Source: Candidatus Bruticola sp.
Lineage (GTDB): Bacteria; Vulcanimicrobiota; Xenobia; Xenobiales; Xenobiaceae
Direction of reading: 5' to 3'
Length of the DNA: 52,069 nucleotides
NCBI GenBank assembly: GCA_051874735.1
Contig: JBJEGD010000039.1
Span: forward strand, 23,838-75,906
Shown: in pieces, positions 20,801-29,870 of the stretch
How positions within the stretch are numbered: the stretch's first letter is position 1
Layout of the letters: each line of letters opens with the position of its first letter
Position numbers and translations under genes: made by a program
Notes under the pieces: generated by a model
Seen by the model: only the letters and a program-made list of their open reading frames with translations
Database searches by the model: none
What the model was told of the DNA's origin: nothing

Positions 20801-22290
20801 ACTGAGAAACTGCAAGCGGATCTATACAGCTGGCCTTTATTTCTCCGTACAGAAGCTAAAACGCGCACAACAGCCATCTTTGAATCACTGTTTACTATAG
20901 GAGGACAAATAAATTTTACCTGAGCCTGGCCTGACAAGTTAGTGTTAGTTTTTAGAGCATTAAGTTTGGAAGAAGCAGCAAAACTGGAATCTGCTTCAGC
21001 TCCCAAAGTTCCAAATTCATAACTAGCCGACAAATTAGCCTGACAAACACTAAAATTCAGAGTTACATCAGCGTCGGCTATAGGGGCCCCCTCCCCATCA
21101 GTTAAAAATATATCAATTGGGACAATATCACCAACGGAAAACATAGGAGCAGCTGCTTCTATCCTGAGCTTAATATCTGCATATTCAGACAGCGCACTAG
21201 CTAAACTACACTGAGCGACAGTTCCCCCTTGGCCATCCTTAAGAACAAGCACATATGGTTCATGTAGCAAATCTGAAGGCAACTCTAAAACGCCACTTAA
21301 AACCCCACTAAAATTGAGGGAAGCTTTGTTTTCTACGATAATATCTCCCTGCAGAGTACATAAGCTTATGGTAAATACTTCTTTAGAAGCACTACTTACT
21401 ACACCGCTTCCGCCTAGACTGCGCACCACAGCTTTGTAAGCGATTGATTCACCAGGAACAGCTGAGCGAGAATCACACCACAAAAAAGCTTTCCAAAACT
21501 TAGAAATACGGCAAAATTCTTCAGTAAAAATAATGGCCGTCTCTTGATTCTTTACCGCTACACAAACATATTTATTAGTTTTCGATTGAAATGGCAGATT
21601 TACTAGACCATCAGGGCTGCAATTTAAAGAAATTACTTGGCCCTTATTTGCTTCAGAATAGGAGTAGCAGTAAACTTTATCTGCTTGAACAGGACTTCCA
21701 GAATCGGCGTTTGTTATCCAAAGTATTCCCGAATTAGATTGCGAATTCACACTAAGCAACTTCAAATTGGAAATACTAATTATTTGGAAACTTTCCTTAA
21801 TAGCAGCATCACTATCTTTTTTGTAAGTTAGTTTGAGAAGATAGACTCCATCAGCTAGCTTAGGCAAACTTTGCTTATAAAGTCTGACACTGTCTGAGGA
21901 AAGCTCGTCTTTGTCCTCAGGAAGAGCCGCAAGAGCTTGTAACTCCAAAACATGTCCCCCAGTAAGAGCGAACTGGAGCTTTTGGAAATCTTGATGAGTT
22001 AAAGCAGTATAGTTAATCGCAGCCTGATTTTGTAAAGCAGCGACAATATCGAAACGGTACAGTTCTAAAGACAATTGGGCTAATTGCTCAGAAGCAGCCC
22101 AAAATTTGGCGTCAACGTTCTCTCCGGAGACTGCACAATGGAAAGGAGAAACAAAAGTCGCTGCAGACTTTTCTTTATAATCTGTTCTTCCAGAAGCGAC
22201 CCAAAAGCCCGGTTTATTCTGTGCCCAAACTGGTGTAACAAGAAGAGCCAATATTGTAATCAGACAAAATAACTGCCACAGCTTTTTCAT
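17809..22290 (-). CDS. Alpha-2-macroglobulin family protein (YfaS-like, no thioester motif)
   Basis: Signal peptide MKKLWQ...VWA; MG-domain motif PGESIAYKAVVR; QNQDGGFSW; W.TPYDT..AL.AV. True start is ATG at 22290; the longer ORF runs into tRNA-Ala. Confidence 0.85.
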   Translation of the reverse strand: MKKLWQLFCLITILALLVTPVWAQNKPGFWVASGRTDYKEKSAATFVSPFHCAVSGENVDAKFWAASEQLAQLSLELYRFDIVAALQNQAAINYTALTHQDFQKLQFALTGGHVLELQALAALPEDKDELSSDSVRLYKQSLPKLADGVYLLKLTYKKDSDAAIKESFQIISISNLKLLSVNSQSNSGILWITNADSGSPVQADKVYCYSYSEANKGQVISLNCSPDGLVNLPFQSKTNKYVCVAVKNQETAIIFTEEFCRISKFWKAFLWCDSRSAVPGESIAYKAVVRSLGGSGVVSSASKEVFTISLCTLQGDIIVENKASLNFSGVLSGVLELPSDLLHEPYVLVLKDGQGGTVAQCSLASALSEYADIKLRIEAAAPMFSVGDIVPIDIFLTDGEGAPIADADVTLNFSVCQANLSASYEFGTLGAEADSSFAASSKLNALKTNTNLSGQAQVKFICPPIVNSDSKMAVVRVLASVRRNKGQLYRSACSFSVASAPGFLVLDGPEEVRSSSRAQYFMLASDLTGSPMANQKIGVSALSDDGHFEEIGVFTTDSQGRCLFNWQPRIPGHYTLQAHSLKNSKVRHMLSVEVASDSDDNFDLDLSSHFAKTGSYEEIKLYAPASVRQALLVLDRDGQISRFVLEVNQGKASFILPIGKEFTNSVRVAAFAWADGQLKKAEELINVLNGKQSFNLKVSFSGHPVCGQPVGLNIEATDSNGCPLTSWADIRLIGPKDHLFLAGDNVFSALGRSDLSRLSSYACNEDKFSKCFTEKDSSCSSSASVILYPENKCLSVTQVRTALDRGFASCSINMPLEEGAWKLSAVGVTQDGLLAQTIIPFVLKKDVEMAIVGPTVINRGDFAKYNLTMRNCTDHELKFNAVVKAEDTSILLVQSGVSLDKSQEAGEIVLAPLAETSFSFMVKSGLPGISNLSAELQGDGISERFSRSVEVFPLATVYSQEESALLQRQVNLSLNRFRREFIGRVFDRKLHIEILNGLAGVLSSSVHYLTISSDRNSEQVLAAWAAPAICSPPFIKHNLKVPPYFNLSPEQAQDNLLALRMAQNQDGGFSWCTGTFSDPIYTAFTLRYLKALREAGAGEVDSLIKSSEIYLSKSRASLKLSERLLLSVALDSSEFKPQELSEAIKNADSLDNPSFIALVYYLETVGRRTEAVQLWKKAGRRIRLSLDYSADKGVDKVSFAYWPGERTLSDCKTTALALIVNLKLEGDNDKSRAYLHWLLANRCGQAWYTPYDTMVALEAVSSYMYKFFEASQGFSYGVWINGNELESGNGLAEDSAWHKWFVLNVAQLPDSPLNIKVIKNGSDSAWVHVHESLTVHGLPDEGYREEASFKYIHSSKEAPFFITNECKINRSIKDETCVAEDRLLGNLGDQAIVDIKLKVKEGGRYAVIELPYLGGFEISKVEGLEKLNGYFNKQANRIYITALPKGDYLFRLKGNLVYQGEFTAKPALVRFLNSPFECAQGAPFTLFVGDKRS

Positions 22291-22317
22291 GCAAACTCCG
22301 CCGAGATACTGATAAAT

Positions 22318-22342
22318 AAAAAAACCCCGATCTCTCGGGGTT
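22318..22342 (-). terminator. Terminator of the tRNA cluster
   Basis: On the minus strand AACCCCGA-gaga-TCGGGGTTTTTTT directly after tRNA-Ala. Confidence 0.8.
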
Positions 22343-22346
22343 AAAG

Positions 22347-22422
22347 TGGTGGAGCTAGACGGATTCGAACCGACGACCTCCTCCGTGCAAGGGAGGCGCT
22401 CTCCCAACTGAGCCATAGCCCC
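22347..22422 (-). tRNA. tRNA-Ala(TGC)
   Basis: GGGGCTA...CCTCC-CTTGCAC-GGAGG...TTCGAAT...TAGCTCCACCA, 76 nt, with the G3:U70 pair. Confidence 0.97.
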
Positions 22423-22486
22423 AAATTAATAAACCTGGGAAAAAATATAGGAGCCCTCAAGAGCTCCTATAACCTACCTACCAATA

Positions 22487-22563
22487 TGGTGGGTCTAATA
22501 GGACTCGAACCTATGACCTCATCCTTATCAGGGATGCGCTCTAACCACCTGAGCTACAGACCC
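22487..22563 (-). tRNA. tRNA-Ile(GAT)
   Basis: GGGTCTG...CATCC-CTGATAA-GGATG...TTCGAGT...TAGACCCACCA, 77 nt. Confidence 0.97.
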
Positions 22564-22637
22564 AACTTCAGCTACCAGCCATTCTCCACACGTTACAACA
22601 CTGAAAGACTAATTTAAAGCCTTACCTGGAGAAGCTG

Positions 22638-22714
22638 TGGTGGGTCTAATAGGACTCGAACCTATGACCTCATCCTTATCAGGGATGCGCTCTAACCACC
22701 TGAGCTACAGACCC
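22638..22714 (-). tRNA. tRNA-Ile(GAT), identical second copy
   Basis: Same 77-nt sequence as 22487-22563. Confidence 0.97.
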
Positions 22715-22766
22715 AACTTCACCGTCCGAACGAAGTATTTCTACCACCTCGCGGGGGAACGGGAAA

Positions 22767-22795
22767 ATTCTACTAAAAAGAATAGCGTTTGTCAA
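22767..22795 (-). promoter_or_regulatory. Sigma70 promoter of the tRNA cluster
   Basis: Minus strand TTGACA (22795-22790), 17 bp, TAGAAT (22772-22767), then a GC-rich discriminator. Confidence 0.85.
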
Positions 22796-23200
22796 TAGAT
22801 GCCAAGCAAAAAAATCATTAAAACCGACTCGATTATTCTGTTGTGCCTTTATCTAACCATATATGCCCAAACTAGTTATCATTGCGAATGCGTCTTTTGT
22901 GCTCTTAGTATTAATAACCTTCACAAATAATATGAACAAAGCAAGTAATGCGGAAATATCCGTAAAAACTGTATTTAATTTTCTATAGTTCTTCCCTGTC
23001 TATCAGCTTTAATTTGGACATTATTCCAATTTACCAGCTTCAGTTAGAGGAACTTTTTTTCACATTTTATTAACAAAACTGTAACTAAGTCGGCTCTTTT
23101 TACTTAGCTTTGTATTATATACTATCAAGGAGTAGAGTTTTCTTCAACGAATTACTTTGTATTTCCGGCGTTACTCGGGTAGCGATGAAAGGAGTACGAG

Positions 23201-23614
23201 ATGGCAGGTGACCATCAGGATAAAATTGAACAGATCAGAGCGCGGCGCAGTCGTGACAGCGTTCAGATAGGTTATAATCCATACGACATCCAGCAGCAAC
23301 AGCAGCAGGTCGGCGGCGTCGGTGCCAGCGGTATTGGTGGCGTAGGCGAAGCTTCTGCAGCCAGAGGAGTGCAGGGCGTCGGCGACGACAGTACTTCCAT
23401 TCTCGGAGCGGACTTTAAGAGCCCGTGGTTGCGCGACCGAGTCACATTGAGCTTAGAGGGTCAAATGGCTCTGCTAGAGCAGCGTGCTGCTGGTCGCACT
23501 AACATAGTCGATCTTGGCTACAGCAACCGCAACTCGTTCGTTTCTTTCAGAAATGGAGCTTCTGTACAGATTGAGCCTCCTGGTACTTACAGGCTCATGT
23601 ATAATCGCGGTTAA
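23201..23614 (+). CDS. Hypothetical low-complexity protein
   Basis: Strong SD AAAGGAG, poly-Q and G/V-rich stretch, own terminator. Confidence 0.8.
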   Translation: MAGDHQDKIEQIRARRSRDSVQIGYNPYDIQQQQQQVGGVGASGIGGVGEASAARGVQGVGDDSTSILGADFKSPWLRDRVTLSLEGQMALLEQRAAGRTNIVDLGYSNRNSFVSFRNGASVQIEPPGTYRLMYNRG

Positions 23615-23647
23615 AGTTAGCAGCGTTTTTTTCAATCATTATTAAGT

Positions 23648-23686
23648 CGCCGGAGATATTCTTTCGAATATCTCCGGCGTTTTTTT
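23648..23686 (+). terminator. Intrinsic terminator
   Basis: CGCCGGAGATATTC-tttc-GAATATCTCCGGCG-TTTTTTT. Confidence 0.9.
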
Positions 23687-23783
23687 GCAGCGACAGCAGC
23701 ACTTTGTGGGGCGGCGGCAGTTAGTTTTGATATTTCTAATTAAATTAGAGTTATTATCCTTAATAGCCGCAACATTTACATAA

Positions 23784-25295
23784 TTAATTATAAATACAAA
23801 ACTTAGCTACTACATGGGGCAAAGACTCGGCCTCCTCGGGTACTTCACGACAAGCCTCTAAAAGCCACTCTGGGTAAATATTCTCTTCATAAAGCCTCAT
23901 AATATCGCGATTAACCAAACCGAAAGGACGTCCCTCAAACATAGCCTGAGCTTTAGGGGCGGGGTAAGCTTTCAATACAGCTTCTATACGATAGTAAGTA
24001 AAGAACTCTAAAGAGTTGGTTTCTATTTGAAGATATAATGAAAAACTGACCGCTACTGCTATAACTAAAGCCAGTGCTTTACTCTGCCAAATTGACCAAT
24101 GTTCAAGAACATATTCAAAAACAAGCAAAACTGGCCAGGAAAGTTGACTGAGTACAAAAAGCAAATAGCGAGGCCCGTATCCCCAGTGACCGCCCCAATT
24201 GATAAATTTAGCATTTACCAACAAAAACACCAGAAAGATGATACCCACCAGCAGACTCTCTCGGCGGAAACGTTTATAAAAAGCTTTGACTGCAAACAGA
24301 GCAAATATTAGAAGAGGCTGATAGATAAAAATACTTTTATCCGAGCTGAATAAAAAGCCGCTCAATCCCTGCCATAAATTGCCGGCAAAAGCCTGAGCTT
24401 CCCTACTCCATTGAGTGTAGCCGGTGTTAAAGGGACTGCCGAAGCGCCAATAATTAGTGACCAGTAACAGGGCAGCGGCAAAAATTGTCGGTCCAATCTG
24501 CCAAGCCTCAAGGCGCATCTTACTCAACCAATTAGAACTTTTGCTCACCTCATTCTGAGCCAAATCTTCAGATTTAGCGGCTGTCTTACAGCGGTCAGGA
24601 CAGTTTTGAGGCCAATACCAAACAGCGAACCAAATAGGTACAATTAAAACATAAATGCTCTTAAGCATTATCAAACTTATTAAACTTATCCACAAAGCGA
24701 CTTTTATATACAAAAACGGTCCTTGACGGGATATTTGGGCACGTAAGCAGGCAACAGCAGCCGCAAAAAATATTGAAGCAGCTGTCCACTGAAAAATTTC
24801 GCCACTCTGAGCACGCAAATAATTCCAACCAAAACCGGCAAACATACTGATAAGAGTCCACAAAGCCGCTATTTCTGAGCGCTTGCAGAAGAAAGAGGCC
24901 CCCCAGTACAAAGATGCAGCTAGTCCTAAAGTCCAAATAAGGTTGAAACAGTTGAGCATTAAAAGGAAGTAAGGAGAGCGTTGGTCACCGATATAAAAAG
25001 ATTCACAACCACATACTTTCCACAGCCAAGCCATAGGCAGCATAAAAAAACTATTAAATAAACCATACTTGCTGTAATATTTGCCCGAAGCCTCGTTATA
25101 AAAGCAGTACTGTCCTACTTCTAATTTTGAAGCATACTGAGCGGGAATATCGTCCTGCCCATCAACCCAAGCCTGGACTTGGGCTCTCATCCAATAAGGA
25201 TCACCTATATAAACATGCTTAGGAAAACTACAAATACTGATAATCGCCGTAATTACTAACATCAGCCCCCAAATTAGCTGAGGCTTATTTTTCAT
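23784..25295 (-). CDS. Polytopic membrane protein, GT-C-fold glycosyltransferase-like
   Basis: Many TM helices; GD motif after TM1, YYSKYG, NYWRFGSPFNTGY and WGGHWGYGPRYL. Confidence 0.65.
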   Translation of the reverse strand: MKNKPQLIWGLMLVITAIISICSFPKHVYIGDPYWMRAQVQAWVDGQDDIPAQYASKLEVGQYCFYNEASGKYYSKYGLFNSFFMLPMAWLWKVCGCESFYIGDQRSPYFLLMLNCFNLIWTLGLAASLYWGASFFCKRSEIAALWTLISMFAGFGWNYLRAQSGEIFQWTAASIFFAAAVACLRAQISRQGPFLYIKVALWISLISLIMLKSIYVLIVPIWFAVWYWPQNCPDRCKTAAKSEDLAQNEVSKSSNWLSKMRLEAWQIGPTIFAAALLLVTNYWRFGSPFNTGYTQWSREAQAFAGNLWQGLSGFLFSSDKSIFIYQPLLIFALFAVKAFYKRFRRESLLVGIIFLVFLLVNAKFINWGGHWGYGPRYLLFVLSQLSWPVLLVFEYVLEHWSIWQSKALALVIAVAVSFSLYLQIETNSLEFFTYYRIEAVLKAYPAPKAQAMFEGRPFGLVNRDIMRLYEENIYPEWLLEACREVPEEAESLPHVVAKFCIYN

Positions 25296-25391
25296 ATTTC
25301 ACTCCTAAAACACCGAAGAAAACTTTAGCCCTCCCTGAAAATATACTATCAGAGAGGGCTAAAAAAATAATAATCTAGACCATAGATTTTA

Positions 25392-25721
25392 CTATTTATA
25401 AATTATTTCAAAACGATCTTTACTACCAAATGGAACTACTACTATTTCTTTTTCGTAACGACGATCTAAAATTTCTGAGAATTTCCAGCGTTTATCTCCA
25501 TCTTTAAATTTAACAGTAATATACATGCCCTCAATTTCTATAGGCACTTTTTCATCGATAACCTGCTTAGTAGTCAGGTTAGTAACTTTAGCTTCATAAG
25601 TGCCGTCGTACCTGCCACTTTCGTTGCTGTAGCTAGAAACAGCTTGAGCTCCTAAAGTTAATCCCAGCAGCATTCCTAAAACGCATAAAAAGCTCAACAA
25701 CTTTTGGCCAATTTTATCCAT
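25392..25721 (-). CDS. Small secreted protein
   Basis: Signal peptide ending AQA; beta-rich mature part. Confidence 0.7.
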   Translation of the reverse strand: MDKIGQKLLSFLCVLGMLLGLTLGAQAVSSYSNESGRYDGTYEAKVTNLTTKQVIDEKVPIEIEGMYITVKFKDGDKRWKFSEILDRRYEKEIVVVPFGSKDRFEIIYK

Positions 25722-25862
25722 ACTTTACCCCACAATTAATAACTAATTCAGCCCCTCGCTTAAGGAGCGACAAAATGAACTGCGATGCAGGAAGATTTCT
25801 CACCTAACTACACTCTATAAATTGACTCCATACTCAATTTAACAATAAAGAGGCGCCCAAAC

Positions 25863-27242
25863 TTAATCTAAAATGAAAGTGGCCGTAGCTCCGCCTCCCG
25901 AAGTCACATTACAAAGAGAAGTTCCTGAAAGACGAGTCATAAAACTAGTAACACGACCGCTGAAAATATAAGGATCTAAATCTACAGCGTACTCTCCCAT
26001 TTCTACAGCAGAACCGTTCCAACTAGGATAATGTTCACGGGCAACACTGACCTTAACTTGCACCAAGTAGTCGTTATTTAGACACTTTTCTATAGCCTGT
26101 TCCCAAGTAGACTGGTCACTATCCCAACCGATAATAACACCGTGCCCGCCGTAATCATCATTGGGCTTCATCACCAAATTATCTTTGTTGCTACGAACCC
26201 AATCCAGCAAGTCTACTTCCCGGCCATCAGGGCTGGAAGTCTTTTCGTCTATCAGCATGCGCGTCCAAGGAATATGGGAATAGACTGCCTGCAGCTGTCG
26301 TTCTGTAAAACCTTCTTGGTACTTAGGATCGGTAAGAATGGCAAATATGGCTTTTTTATGGAAGATTTTACAGCGGAAGGAATTTACGAAACAGGCGGCA
26401 TGATTTTTATAAGCTTCCCAGACAGCCTGACACTCAGAGGCTCTATCCAGATATTCATTCATCAACAAGCGCTTATAGAATATATGAATCTGCTGTCCAC
26501 AATAACTCAAAGCACCATTACTGTATTCTAAACGACGCGGATCAGCAATCAGACACTTGTAACCGCTCTTTTGGAAATGGTCGCGAATGCGACGAAATTC
26601 TGGTACGGTAGGCAGCCCCTCATAATCTATAATGCCTATCGTGGGTTTCTCCGTACCTCCCCATTCTTCATAAGCATCAAGCAAAGACTGCAGTAAACGA
26701 TCGCCGCTATAGTAAGCTTGGCAGGGGAATTCGCGCATAAATTCGTGGAATAAACCGGTGCGAAGGAAACTATTGTTCATTTCATCAGAGTATATTACTC
26801 CAGCCGGCGTCTCGGCATTATACTCGACAAACTGCAAAGATCCGCCCATGAAGAAACTGTCCAGACGAGATGTAACAGAAATTTCCTTATAACCAGGATC
26901 TATTTCTATTAAACGGCGATCGTCATCAGTTAAACCGAGCTTAACTTTAAGCTCCTCTTCGGCTAAAAGCCGCGGCGTCAGTACCTGCAAAGCTCCGTAT
27001 ATGCCTCTGACAGCATCACGCATGAGCAGAACTTGCTCTCTTCCAATAAAATGAGGCCTAAGAAATGGGCATAAGAAGCGACCGCCAAATTCAACTTCAC
27101 GACTACGCAACTCATTTTGAAGTTCCTCAGCGAAACGAGAAACATCACATTTTTCCAGAAGCTCATGATAACGGGCTATAGCTGCCTGACGGTATGGTTC
27201 ACGAGCCGCAGCCATAAGCATAAGATCTATAACGTCTGCCAT
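25863..27242 (-). CDS. Circularly permuted ATP-grasp / glutathionylspermidine synthase-like ligase
   Basis: SRLDSF...FVEYNAETPAG, IPWTR, LVMKPNDDYGGHGV, CNVTSGGG. Start placed at ATG 27242. Confidence 0.8.
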   Translation of the reverse strand: MADVIDLMLMAAAREPYRQAAIARYHELLEKCDVSRFAEELQNELRSREVEFGGRFLCPFLRPHFIGREQVLLMRDAVRGIYGALQVLTPRLLAEEELKVKLGLTDDDRRLIEIDPGYKEISVTSRLDSFFMGGSLQFVEYNAETPAGVIYSDEMNNSFLRTGLFHEFMREFPCQAYYSGDRLLQSLLDAYEEWGGTEKPTIGIIDYEGLPTVPEFRRIRDHFQKSGYKCLIADPRRLEYSNGALSYCGQQIHIFYKRLLMNEYLDRASECQAVWEAYKNHAACFVNSFRCKIFHKKAIFAILTDPKYQEGFTERQLQAVYSHIPWTRMLIDEKTSSPDGREVDLLDWVRSNKDNLVMKPNDDYGGHGVIIGWDSDQSTWEQAIEKCLNNDYLVQVKVSVAREHYPSWNGSAVEMGEYAVDLDPYIFSGRVTSFMTRLSGTSLCNVTSGGGATATFILD

Positions 27243-27702
27243 TTTTTTCAGCCTCACAATCTTGAGTTTTGTTAGATAAGCGGCGGCAGTTTTTTTCTGA
27301 TAATAGCCGCAACTTCATTTTTGCCCGCAATACAGTTCCGCTGTGTGGCGAAGCTGAGCTGATACTGAAAGCATAAATCTAGGTATGAGAGATTGATCTG
27401 TAAAAAACTAATATAACTTAAAAATCATTAGTAGTTAGTACAATTAACTGCACGCTTTTTTCTATAAAAGAATAAATATAGCCTTCTTTAAGACGGATAA
27501 CAGCGGTTTTTACGATACGTTCTCAGCAAAAATATCATTTACAAATAAATGAGCACAACGGCATAACTTTATAAGCCTTCAGCAAACACGCTTTGAAGGA
27601 TACTACTTTTTATAAAAGAACTCATCAGCCCATTAAAATCTGGAGAAGGATTATAACTATTCCTTTCCGCTTCTGCTTTTATACTAGGAACTTAATAAAG
27701 AT

Positions 27703-29808
27703 ATGACAGAAAGACTTTCCCCAACTGAACCCAATTCTAAGCCTGTCATGCCTGCTGTTGACAGCAGCGATTCCAAGCTTAGTTTAAATTTTAACAGCTC
27801 TTCTGAAACCAATAGCGCTGACAACTTACCTAAAAAGTCGGGGGAATTTTCTAATGTTTCTGAAAAAGCACAGGAAACAGATAAGATAGCTCGTCTTGTT
27901 ATTAAGAAATCATCCTCTGGAGAATTCAAAACTGCCAATACAACGAACAATGCTTCGACAACTCATACAGAGGTAAAATTATCGACAGAAAACAGCCAAC
28001 GGAAAGCTCCTCCTCTGCCTATTTCAGATGACGATGAGGAAAGAGCAGCTTCAGATAAAGCTAAGCAGGAAAATAGGCATACCGATTCAAAAGGCCGCAC
28101 TAGCCGGGAAGTAAACGCAATTAATCATCAGCATAAAGATATTCCCACAGAGACAAAAACTGACGCAGGGGCTGATTTAAAAATATCTAGTCCTTCTTCA
28201 TCAGCTCATCATTCCTCATCTGATGGCGGCCGGAAAAGTAGCGAACATACTTCTCTAAAAGGTACAGCCCATCCGCCTCATGGCAACGACTCCCATAATC
28301 AGAAAGCAGCTACGGAGCTACACAACCAGCGCCACTTAGCTCCTCCTTTATACTCTCCTAAAGAGGATAAAGACTTTGAGCACAATAATAAAGGCGCAGA
28401 AGCTTCACCGAACGAAGTCAAACCCTATAATTCAAAAAGCCACGAAGATAGCTCCAATGAAGACAAGCCTGTGCGACTTTCTACGTCTGGTACTAAAAAT
28501 GATTTAATTATTTCTCTAGTTTATCTAGCCTTTTTAATAATTGGTCTGCTTTGGGGAGCCAACAGCCTGCTAGTTTGGAAACACGATCTTGATGTCCAAC
28601 CTAGCATTTCTTACCGCCAGCTCTGCTGGTCTTACAACAACGAATCCCTAGCCTTCATGCGATCCGAGAACAAGCACATTTCTAAAGGTCAGTCTCTCAA
28701 AAATTCGCTGTGGGTAAGTGATCGCTTTGGCGATGGAGCCAGATGCCTCCAGGATAATCTTCCCGAAAATTATGAGCTGACTGGCTGGTTTGCTAATGAC
28801 TCCCTTTTAGTTCTCAATTCTTCCAACCTACCTATAGATATAGAGAAATTAAAAGAGTCATCAGAAAAGAAAAACATCCAGCTTAGTGAAATTAAATTGC
28901 CCGCTAACGGATCAGACACGGCCAAGAACAATGCTTCAGGACTTTCGTTTGCGGAAATAAACTGCCAAGACAATTCTATTAAGTTTTTGAGCCTAGGTGT
29001 AGGCAATGTCCAAGTAGTTGGCTGTAACTCTAAGGAAATATTCCTAGCTCAATACCTTGCTTCCAACAACGGCATGAGCCACATAAATCTGCTATCTTAT
29101 CAACCTGGCAGCCAAGAAGCCAAACTCTTAGTTTCTATTCCTTCGCGTAAAGACGAAATGATGCATGTGGACAGCGTCACTTCATCGCCAGACGGCAACA
29201 AACTAGCCATAGTAATATCCATGATCGCTTCCTTGAGCCAACAAGTTGATCAAAATAACGATACTCCTTTAGGAGTTTGGATATTTAGCAGAGATACCAA
29301 AACTTTAGCCTGGACAGCTATTTCCGCCAATAATGCTAAAGATCTCAGTGTGGTATGGTCAAAAGATTCTAAATGGCTGGGCGGTGTGGCTCGCTATACT
29401 GATGAAGCAGAAATTTTTGCCTTTTACGGAGATAATAACTGCCAAGCGGCTAGATTGCGCGGCGTTCCCCAAGAAGGCCCGATTACTCCTTTAATAGACA
29501 GCAACGAACACGCTTTAACCTTTATTTCCTTAAACCGCATTGACCGCTACAATTTTGATACGCAACAAGATGTGCCTCTGCTCTCGGCAGACAATTTAGA
29601 ATATATGCCTAGCAATTTTGCTGTCTCTACTAACGGAACTGTGGCTTACGCCGCTAAGCCCTACAATGCACATAACATTTATATCTGTACCCTCAACAAT
29701 CCCAATTCTACAGTAGTAAAAATTCCTACAGATTCAGCAAAGCATACTTGGCTTTACAGAGCGGTAGGCCGTCTGCAGTACTCAGTAGATTACTGGCTAA
29801 ACTTCTAG
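27703..29808 (+). CDS. Bitopic membrane protein: disordered N-terminus, one TM, TolB-like beta-propeller
   Basis: About 265-aa S/E/K/H-rich N-terminus; TM LIISLVYLAFLIIGLLWGA; propeller-like motifs SSPDGNKLAI, VWSKDSKWL and AVSTNGTVAY. Confidence 0.65.
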   Translation: MTERLSPTEPNSKPVMPAVDSSDSKLSLNFNSSSETNSADNLPKKSGEFSNVSEKAQETDKIARLVIKKSSSGEFKTANTTNNASTTHTEVKLSTENSQRKAPPLPISDDDEERAASDKAKQENRHTDSKGRTSREVNAINHQHKDIPTETKTDAGADLKISSPSSSAHHSSSDGGRKSSEHTSLKGTAHPPHGNDSHNQKAATELHNQRHLAPPLYSPKEDKDFEHNNKGAEASPNEVKPYNSKSHEDSSNEDKPVRLSTSGTKNDLIISLVYLAFLIIGLLWGANSLLVWKHDLDVQPSISYRQLCWSYNNESLAFMRSENKHISKGQSLKNSLWVSDRFGDGARCLQDNLPENYELTGWFANDSLLVLNSSNLPIDIEKLKESSEKKNIQLSEIKLPANGSDTAKNNASGLSFAEINCQDNSIKFLSLGVGNVQVVGCNSKEIFLAQYLASNNGMSHINLLSYQPGSQEAKLLVSIPSRKDEMMHVDSVTSSPDGNKLAIVISMIASLSQQVDQNNDTPLGVWIFSRDTKTLAWTAISANNAKDLSVVWSKDSKWLGGVARYTDEAEIFAFYGDNNCQAARLRGVPQEGPITPLIDSNEHALTFISLNRIDRYNFDTQQDVPLLSADNLEYMPSNFAVSTNGTVAYAAKPYNAHNIYICTLNNPNSTVVKIPTDSAKHTWLYRAVGRLQYSVDYWLNF

Positions 29809-29870
29809 AGCCCAAAGCAGATAAGTAAATTCACTCTAAACATAAACTTAGAACTGGAAAGGTATTAAAA

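Noticed and set aside
22291-22416. N-terminal extension of the 1535-aa ORF
   Set aside because: It overlaps tRNA-Ala and its terminator; the signal peptide starts at ATG 22290.
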